Source: Prasinococcaceae sp. CCMP 1430
Lineage: Eukaryota > Plantae > Prasinodermophyta
NCBI GenBank assembly: GCA_013416795.1
Contig: RQSC01000637.1
Coordinates: 1 to 17,250, forward strand
DNA: 17,250 nucleotides
Reading direction: 5' to 3'
In this document: positions 8,017 through 15,740 of the stretch, piece after piece
Layout of the letters: every line of letters starts with the position of its first letter
Position numbering within the stretch: the first letter of the stretch is position 1
Program-made: the position numbers and the translations under genes
Notes under the pieces: generated by a model
The model's database searches: none
What the model saw: the letters and a program-made list of their open reading frames with translations, nothing else
Told to the model about the DNA's origin: nothing

Positions 8017-8465
8017 NNNNNNNNNNNNNNNNNNNNNNNNNNNNNNNNNNNNNNNNNNNNNNNNNNNNNNNNNNNNNNNNNNNNNNNNNNNNNNNNNNNN
8101 NNNNNNNNNNNNNNNNNNNNNNNNNNNNNNNNNNNNNNNNNNNNNNNNNNNNNNNNNNNNNNNNNNNNNNNNNNNNNNNNNNNNNNNNNNNNNNNNNNNN
8201 NNNNNNNNNNNNNNNNNNNNNNNNNNNNNNNNNNNNNNNNNNNNNNNNNNNNNNNNNNNNNNNNNNNNNNNNNNNNNNNNNNNNNNNNNNNNNNNNNNNN
8301 NNNNNNNNNNNNNNNNNNNNNNNNNNNNNNNNNNNNNNNNNNNNNNNNNNNNNNNNNNNNNNNNNNNNNNNNNNNNNNNNNNNNNNNNNNNNNNNNNNNN
8401 NNNNNNNNNNNNNNNNNNNNNNNNNNNNNNNNNNNNNNNNNNNNNNNNNNNNNNNNNNNNNNNNN
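8017..8465. other. Assembly gap (449 N), probably hiding the 5' exon(s) of the peroxiredoxin
   Basis: Run of N immediately upstream of the peroxiredoxin intron. Confidence 0.95.
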
Positions 8466-8806
8466 CTCGCCGCGCGCCGCGCGGCGGCCGCGGGCGCCGC
8501 CGCGCGCGTGGAGAGGAGGGTACAGCTCCCGCCCCTCGGCTCATCGGCTCGCCGAGCTCGCGGGCAGGAAGTCGGGGGGGAGGGGGGGGTGAAGCGTGAG
8601 CGGCGGCGCGCCTGCTCACGCCGCGCGCCAGCAGCGGCTCCCCCCCCAAAGGAGCGCTGCCGACGGCCCGCCAGCCGACGCGGACCCTATCAAAAAGCAC
8701 CCGGCCGGACCCCAGAGCGAAAGCCTCGCTCACAGTATGTAAACCCTATGTTAAACCATAAATGGCGCATTCGAAACCTGAACCCTCGCGTTCAAACGGT
8801 TGAAGA

Positions 8807-9100
8807 TTGTCGTGCTCGGCTGGTGCCTTGTGGGAACGCCTAGTGCTTCGGGCACGTGTGTCGTCCGCGACGCTCCAGCCCCCACCGCAGTTCGGGCAGT
8901 ACATAGCGCGCGAGCGCTTTGAGCTCATTCGCAGGTATGCGCCCCACGTATTGAGTGCTCCGCAATTGAGCCAGCTGCCTTACGGCGCCTTCGCGGTGGA
9001 CACGACGTGCGGCACGCGCGCGGCGGAGTCGCCGGGCGCGCCGCCTGCCGGGTCAGAGGAGCAATTGCTCCTGCGTCTACCTCCGTGGAAAGGTTTATGA
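8807..9100 (+). mobile_element. Possible degenerate piggyBac-like transposase fragment
   Basis: LW…PPPQFGQYIARERFELIRRY resembles the PxFGxxMxRxRFxxIxR segment of piggyBac/PGBD transposases. The region is more AT-rich than the genes. No DDD core or matched terminal repeats are visible. Confidence 0.25.
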
Positions 9101-9595
9101 TACCTCCACTCTGGCCACGTACCCCGACGAAGAGTTCAAGGCGTGGATTGCAGAATACGACGCCAGCTTGGGCAGAGCACGCACGAAAGAGCTCGCCAGC
9201 GCGGCGGTGCGCAAGGGCAAGCCGAGCGCGTCCAACAAGGGCCAGGTGTGATCGCTTCCCCTTTTTTGAGTGATAAGGGGCGGGGGGCGTCAGCCCCGCC
9301 CTCCGTGCCCTCTTACAGTCCTCCCCCTAGCTCCCCGCGCACTATCCCGTCGCTTTAGGGCGCGGGGGGTACACGCTGCACACGCTCTGGCACACAACCC
9401 TACCGCCCTTCTAAAAATATCTCACACGGGGAACTCCCCTACGTCAAAATGAACGAGGAGGGGTGGGTTCCACTGGATTCGCAGCGGTTGGTCACAAGGT
9501 GCCCAGGGTTCCATTCTCTGAACCCTTCCCCTAAGTCGGGTTAAGGTCCGGGACCTTAGACCCTACCCTTAGGAGTCGTTTGTGTTGGGGTTCCA

Positions 9596-10231
9596 NNNNN
9601 NNNNNNNNNNNNNNNNNNNNNNNNNNNNNNNNNNNNNNNNNNNNNNNNNNNNNNNNNNNNNNNNNNNNNNNNNNNNNNNNNNNNNNNNNNNNNNNNNNNN
9701 NNNNNNNNNNNNNNNNNNNNNNNNNNNNNNNNNNNNNNNNNNNNNNNNNNNNNNNNNNNNNNNNNNNNNNNNNNNNNNNNNNNNNNNNNNNNNNNNNNNN
9801 NNNNNNNNNNNNNNNNNNNNNNNNNNNNNNNNNNNNNNNNNNNNNNNNNNNNNNNNNNNNNNNNNNNNNNNNNNNNNNNNNNNNNNNNNNNNNNNNNNNN
9901 NNNNNNNNNNNNNNNNNNNNNNNNNNNNNNNNNNNNNNNNNNNNNNNNNNNNNNNNNNNNNNNNNNNNNNNNNNNNNNNNNNNNNNNNNNNNNNNNNNNN
10001 NNNNNNNNNNNNNNNNNNNNNNNNNNNNNNNNNNNNNNNNNNNNNNNNNNNNNNNNNNNNNNNNNNNNNNNNNNNNNNNNNNNNNNNNNNNNNNNNNNNN
10101 NNNNNNNNNNNNNNNNNNNNNNNNNNNNNNNNNNNNNNNNNNNNNNNNNNNNNNNNNNNNNNNNNNNNNNNNNNNNNNNNNNNNNNNNNNNNNNNNNNNN
10201 NNNNNNNNNNNNNNNNNNNNNNNNNNNNNNN
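9596..10231. other. Assembly gap (636 N)
   Basis: Run of N. Confidence 0.99.
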
Positions 10232-10681
10232 CCCCCCCCCCCACACACACACTGCCTGCCGGCCCGCAGCGCGCAGCCCGCACGTCGGGAGGGTGGGTTG
10301 GTGAGGGAGGCGAGGGGGCGGGGAATCCGCGATTGTGCGCACTCATCACTGCGCCGCTGCCGGGGCGCTCCCTAACCCAAACCTCCGCGCTGCACACCAA
10401 CCGTCGGGAGACGCAAACACAGATCACATCGCATCCGCAATCGTTCATACTCAAACCCCAATTCAAACCCTAAATACGCGGCGTGGGCGGGCCGGCGGCA
10501 CACACCTGCCTCGGCTGGAGCACACGCCACGCCACACGCAGCTGCGTGCGTGCGAGGCGTATCTCGCAAATTGGGGCCATTTCGCGCTGCGCGGCGCGTC
10601 TTGGGCCTTTCTGAGTGATGGCCGCGCGACCGGATCGGCGCGCGCCCCGTCGCCGCGTTTTCGGCCCGGCCCCGGCCCCCG

Positions 10682-12714
10682 GCCCCGGCCACAGGGGAGC
10701 TCTCCGCTGCAGTCACAGGCGGCGGCGGCGGCGCCGGCGGCGGCGCGGGCGAGGCGAGCGAGGCGCTGCCGTCGCGCATCGACACGACGACCATGGGGCA
10801 GTTCCTCGAGGTGCGCGGGATCGGCCGCCCAGGGCGCGGATCCGCAGCGCGCCTAGCGCCGGCAACTCCCAGCGTGCGCGCCCTGACCTCTGTTGCACCA
10901 TCCCGCCGACGCGCCCTGCCCCGCCGGCCCATGCGCGGACACCGCGCGCGCACGCTTGCGTGCGCGCGCCCAGGTGTCGCAGGACAAGCTCACGGCGCGG
11001 TACGGCGGCGAAGCGGCGCACTCCAACGACGTAGGGGCGGCGCAGGGCGACTGCTGCGAGCCGCGGCGTGCGGCTCTGTACTACTACGAGCTCAGGGTGA
11101 TCAACGCGGGCAGAGATGGCGCCATCGCCATCGGCTTCAGCCAGGAGGGTGCGCGCTTGACGCGGCAGCCTGGCTGGGACCCGAACTCGTACGGCTACCA
11201 CGGCGACGACGGGCGCAAGTTCCACAACAAGTGCGTGCGCGCAGCAGCGCGGACGGCGGCCCCGCCGGCCGCGCTCGACGGCGCGCTGGGCGCGAGCGCG
11301 CTCGCCGTGCGGGCACACGTCCCGGGTCCGCTCGCGCGCGCGCTCTCGCTCTCGATCGGGCGCCCCGGACCGCGCTGACGGAAAACGGCCCGCACCCGCA
11401 CCCACCGCACCACGGCCTCGCGACGCCACCGTCGCTCGCATCCATCGCTCCCCCACCCCGACCCCTCCACTGCTTGCCTGCAGCGGCACGGGCGAGCCGT
11501 ACGGCCCGCACTTCGGCGCGGGCGACGTCGTGGGCGCTGGCATTAACACCGCCGACCGCACCATCTTCTTCACGCGCAATGGGGTCGATCTCGGCGTCGC
11601 GTTCGAGGGCGTGCGCTCCAACCTGCGGCCATCGTTCGGGTTGCACTCGAAGGACGAAGAGGTGCGCGTCAATTTCGGCCAGGAGCCCTTCATGTACGAC
11701 GTCGACGCGGCGGTGCGCCGCTCGCGCGAACGGCTCGCAGCGCGCGTGGCCACGTTCGCGGCCAACGCGAGCACCGCGCACGCGCTCGTGCGCTCGTACC
11801 TGGCGCACCACGGCTACGCGCGCACGCTCGATGCGTTCGTGAGGTCCGCAGGGACCAGCGCGGACGGCGCGGCGACGACGAGCGAGAATGGGGAGGGGGG
11901 AGGGGAAAAGGGGCGGGCGGACGCCATCACCAACGCCACGCTCGAAGCGCGCGCGCAGGTGCGCGCCCTGCTGCTCGAGGGCGACGTGCGTGCCGCCTCG
12001 CATCGCATCGCGAGCGACTTCCCCGCGGCGATGGCACAGGGGTCGCGCGCTCGCTTCTACCTCGACTGCCAGCAGCTCATCGAGCTGGTGCGACAGGGCA
12101 ACGCCGATGAGGCCGCGGCGCACGCGGCGGCCAACCTCTGCGTTGACGACGCGGAGGCAGACCAGCAGTCGAATGGCATGGCGGACGGCGGCACGGGCGC
12201 CTCAGATGAGGACGGCGGCACGGTGCGCACACCACTCGCGAATCGGCTCGTGTACCTCGCCGAAGTCGTGGCGCTCCTCGCGTACGACGTGAGCAGCATC
12301 GCCGACCACGCGCGCGCTTCCAACGGAGGCGGGGGGGGCTCCGTGAGCGCCGAGGAGGCCGCCCTCGCCCCGCTCTTATCGCAGGCGCAGCGCGAGCGCA
12401 CGGCGGACGAGGTCAACGAGTGCATCCTCCACAGCGAGCTGGTGTCCGTGGCGGGCTGCGACGCGGGGAGCCACGTTGGCGGCATGCCGCCGCACGACCG
12501 TCTGCGCACGGCCGCACAGCACCTACAGGTGTGCCGCGACGAGCTGCGCGAGCGCACCGGGCGCTTCGGCGAGGTGTACGACGTGGTACGCGAAATACGG
12601 GCCTGCGTGGACGGCGTGGACGCGGCGGGAAGGGGCGCCGACGAGACGTTGCGTTGCGATGAAGGTGCGCCGCCGCAGCTGGCCAGCCTCGGTGGATGGG
12701 CTTCCCTGCTGTGA
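10682..12714 (+). CDS. RANBPM: RanBPM/RanBP9-10-like CTLH-complex subunit (SPRY-LisH-CTLH-CRA). Exons ~10682(ATG 10793)-10810, 10974-11230, 11484-12714
   Basis: SPRY: YYYELRVINAGRDGAIAIGF, RQPGWDPNSYGYHGDDG, YGPHFGAGDVVGAGIN, IFFTRNG, VRVNFGQEPF. LisH: LVRSYLAHHGYARTLDAF. CTLH: RAQVRALLLEGDV, LDCQQLIELVR. CRA: LLAY, QRERTADEVNECIL. Introns 10811-10973 (phase 0) and 11231-11483 (phase 2) join in frame. Confidence 0.92.
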
Positions 12715-13146
12715 AGCGGCGCGCCCCTCTCGGCGCCGCGCGAGCCCTGGCACGCGGCCACCATCGCGCCGCTGACCCCGCCGCTGCGCGCGGCCGCCCG
12801 CCCCGCGCGCGTGAAGTTGAGGCCGACGCGCGCATGGACGAAGCAGATGCGCCGTGATGAGGACCGGCGTGGGCCTGCGCCCCCCGTCCTTGCGCCCGCC
12901 CGCCCGCCGCGTCGAGCGCCCGACGAGCGCACGCTCGTCTCTCGCACGCGCGCGCAGGTGTCAAGCAAACGCGACCCGAGCACGCAGCGGTCGAGCGTCC
13001 CGGCGCGCCGCGCCGCTGTTGGGAGTCACATAAGCATTCGTCGATAGTCTTTACGGGCGAAGAGCTGCAGGCGTATGCCCCTAATGCGTGGCGCGGCTCC
13101 CACGCCACGCGCGCCGCGCCGCGCCTTCGCCTCCGATCTCCTAGCT

Positions 13147-14958
13147 TCACGCGCCACTGACGTGAGGCGCGGCGCCGACCGTAGCCATGGTGCAGTCGTT
13201 GGCCTTGAAAGCCGCCATCTCCTCCGCGGTGAGCAGCGCGTCGTCCAGCGCCTTCGTAATGCCCGCTCGATCCATGTTCTGGCCGATGAAGATGATCTCC
13301 TGCCGCCGGTCGCCAAAGTCGCCGTCGAAGTCATGCATGATGAAATCCACCTGTGTCTTGCCCTCGGGCCACTCCTCCTTGGGCAGCGCAGCCCACCACG
13401 CGCCCTCGTCGCGCACCTCGAAATGCGTGCCCGCGTGCGACCAGTAGCGAGCCATGTTGTGCGAGTTGGCAATCCAGCAGTAGCCCTTGGAGCGGATCAC
13501 CGAGCGGAAAGCGCTCAGGCCGTCGCCCTTGGCGGCGGCGGCGGCGGGGCTGTCGCCGTCGGCATCGACCTCCACGCCCTTCGTGGCGAGGTTGCGCGAC
13601 ACAGGCAGCTGGCGCACCACGCGCACCAGGCGTTGCGGGTGGAAGGGCATGCGCCGCGCGTACACGAACGACGTGATGCCGAAGCGGGTCTCCCCGGTGT
13701 TCTTGTCCGAGTGGCCGTGCGCGTGGCCGTGGCCGTGCGAGTGGTCGTGCGTCGGGTCGTTGCAGACGGGGTCCATGCAGGTGTCGCCGTCAGCGTCCGC
13801 GTGGCCATTGCCGTGCGAGTGGTCGTGGCCGTGCTTGTGCTCGTGCCCGTGCTCTTCCTTGTGGTCGTGCGCGTGCTCGTGCTTGCGCTTGTGGTCGGGG
13901 GAGTGCTCGTGCCCGTGCTTGCGCTCATGCTCTTCCTTGTGCTCGTGCTCGTGCTTGTGCTCTTCCTTGTGCGCGTGCTCGTGGCCGTGCTCGTGTTCGC
14001 AGCCGTGCCCGTGCTCTTCCTTGTGCTCGTGCTCGTGCTTGTGCTCTTCCTTGTGCGCGTGCTCGTGGCCGTGCTCGTGTTCGCAGCCGTGCCCGTGCTC
14101 TTCCTTGTGCTCGTGCTTGTGCTCTTCCTTGTGCTCGTGCTTGTGCTCGTGCTTGTGCTCTTCCTTCTTGGCATTCTCCACCATCAGCCTGTGCTCCGAG
14201 TCGAGCGTGCTGTTGGCCGCCCAGCGGCCCTTGGCGGGCGTGCCGTCCGCGCTGAAGTTGAGCACGCTCTTGACGTCCACCACCCCCCACTGGGTGGCCG
14301 TCACCTTGGCGAGCGAGTTGCACGCGGTCATGATGGTCTTGAGATACTTGAGCTCGTCCTCGTCCACCGTGTCCGTCTTGTTCAGCACGAGGACGTCGGC
14401 GCATTCCACCTGCTCGACGAGGAGGTCGACGACGGGGCGCGCCGACTCGCCGTCGTTGTAGCCCAGGTCGGGCCTGTTGGCGGCGGAGTCGCGCACCTTG
14501 TAGAGCTCCAGGAAGCTCGAGGCGTCCACCACGGTGACCATGGTGTCGAGCACGATGTGCCGCATGAGCGGGATGCCCGCGTCGGTCGCGTCGTTGAACT
14601 GGTCCTTGATGTTGCGCGGCTCGGCGACGCCGGAGCACTCTAGCACGATGGCCTGGAAGGGGTCGCCCCGCCGCCGCCCCATGATGATGAGCTGCTCGAT
14701 CGACTGCATCAGCTCCTCGGCCTTGGAGCAGCACGCGCACCCGTTCTCCAGCTGGATGGTGTCGACCAGGCCCGCGTCCGGGTTGCCGTTGCGCACGAGC
14801 TTGGCGTCGACGTTCACCTCGGCGACGTCATTCACGATGAGGCCGATCTTGACCCCCTGCTGGTTCTGCAGCAGGTGGCGCAGCAGCGTCGTCTTGCCCG
14901 CGCCGAGGAAGCCCGACAGGATGATTATCGGCGTGAGCGCCGGGGCCGGGGCGGCCAT
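13147..14958 (-). CDS. COG0523/CobW-family (G3E) metal-binding GTPase, putative zinc metallochaperone; 603 aa from ATG 14958, intronless, with a long His-rich insert
   Basis: Walker A SGFLGAGKTT, VNDVAEVNVD, GCACC (CxCC metal site), LECSGVAEP, VDA, EQVECADVLVLNKTD; CobW_C domain FVYARRMPFHPQRL, RSKGYCWIA, WSHAG, GDRRQEIIFIG. Confidence 0.95.
   Translation of the reverse strand: MAAPAPALTPIIILSGFLGAGKTTLLRHLLQNQQGVKIGLIVNDVAEVNVDAKLVRNGNPDAGLVDTIQLENGCACCSKAEELMQSIEQLIIMGRRRGDPFQAIVLECSGVAEPRNIKDQFNDATDAGIPLMRHIVLDTMVTVVDASSFLELYKVRDSAANRPDLGYNDGESARPVVDLLVEQVECADVLVLNKTDTVDEDELKYLKTIMTACNSLAKVTATQWGVVDVKSVLNFSADGTPAKGRWAANSTLDSEHRLMVENAKKEEHKHEHKHEHKEEHKHEHKEEHGHGCEHEHGHEHAHKEEHKHEHEHKEEHGHGCEHEHGHEHAHKEEHKHEHEHKEEHERKHGHEHSPDHKRKHEHAHDHKEEHGHEHKHGHDHSHGNGHADADGDTCMDPVCNDPTHDHSHGHGHAHGHSDKNTGETRFGITSFVYARRMPFHPQRLVRVVRQLPVSRNLATKGVEVDADGDSPAAAAAKGDGLSAFRSVIRSKGYCWIANSHNMARYWSHAGTHFEVRDEGAWWAALPKEEWPEGKTQVDFIMHDFDGDFGDRRQEIIFIGQNMDRAGITKALDDALLTAEEMAAFKANDCTMATVGAAPHVSGA
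13928..14117. repeat. Exact 84-nt tandem duplication (about 2.3 copies) inside the His-rich tract
   Basis: Unit starting TGCTCTTCCTTGTGCTCGTGCT… recurs at 13928, 14012 and partially at 14096. It encodes the 28-aa unit HGHGCEHEHGHEHAHKEEHKHEHEHKEE. Confidence 0.95.
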
Positions 14959-15695
14959 GGTGGACGACTCGAGGGCCGAACGGGTACGAGGGCAGGATAG
15001 GGCGAGGCGAGGCGCCTGCGCCCGGCTGTGAGAGGCGGGGGGCGGCGTGGGCGGCGGAGCGCCGCGCGCGTCGTGTGCCGCCCCCGTCGCCCTGCCGCGC
15101 CTCGCCCCCAAGGGTCTTGCCGCTGCGGCGCGCGCGCGCGCCCGCGTTCATCTATTTGCCGCCTGCTGTGATATTCCATGCTCCCGCCGACGCTTTTCCC
15201 GCGCGCGCGAAACCGAAACCGCGTCTTCCGCGTCCTCAAAAAGACAAAGGCCCGCGCGCCCATGCCTCTCGCTTTCATCATATCTTTTGGACATATAACA
15301 AAACCACGGGAGATCATAGGCGAGGTCGGAACGCATCCGCGGAGAAATCGCGGATTCGGCGCGCGAAATCCGCAGAGTCGGCAGGCGGGCGACGGCGGGT
15401 GGTCGCCGGCCGCCGGCACGCGCGCCTTTTTTTTTGGTGGGTTTTTGGGGTCGATTTTCTAAAATAATTCCTGGGCCTTTTTTTTATTCGCGTGCGGGTG
15501 GGTCGGGGGGAGGCGGTCCAGGGCGTCCAAGCCGCGGGTGCGGCCCCGGTCGTCCCACACCCGCGCGCTCCCCCGGCTCCCCGCCCACGCCGCAAGCTCA
15601 GCAAGCGGCTGCGTCCCCGAAGGGAGCGAGCCACGCGATCGATCGCGCGCCAATGTCCAGAGTAAACAATCGTGTTATGCACCGCCGCCGCTCTG

Positions 15696-15696
<1 letters not shown>

Positions 15697-15735
<39 letters not shown>
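15697..15735. repeat. C39 homopolymer (G39 on the minus strand)
   Basis: Direct count of 39 consecutive C, starting 5 nt past the stop of the minus-strand coiled-coil gene. Confidence 0.9.
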
Positions 15736-15736
<1 letters not shown>

Positions 15737-15740
15737 CTGG

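Noticed and set aside
8751-9544. Complete piggyBac element bounded by TTAA at 8751 and 9541
   Set aside because: The sequences inside the two TTAA sites (ACCATAAATG versus CCCGACTTAG) are not inverted repeats.
7241-10473. Long ORFs that run through the N gaps
   Set aside because: Their length comes from translated Ns.
12811-13047. 78-aa ORF or extra RanBPM exon after the acceptor-like GCGCGCAG at 12957
   Set aside because: RanBPM is already complete at 12714, there is no branch motif with an AG-free zone, and the peptide is uninformative.
13711-14157. Repeat tract as a CRISPR array or satellite
   Set aside because: No unique spacers; the repeats are in-frame codons for a His/Glu/Lys peptide in a eukaryotic gene.
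13075-14643. 522-aa antisense ORF with VLV repeats, and the 324-aa Cys/Ser-rich ORF 13487-14461
   Set aside because: Both are reverse-strand readings of the His-rich CobW coding sequence.
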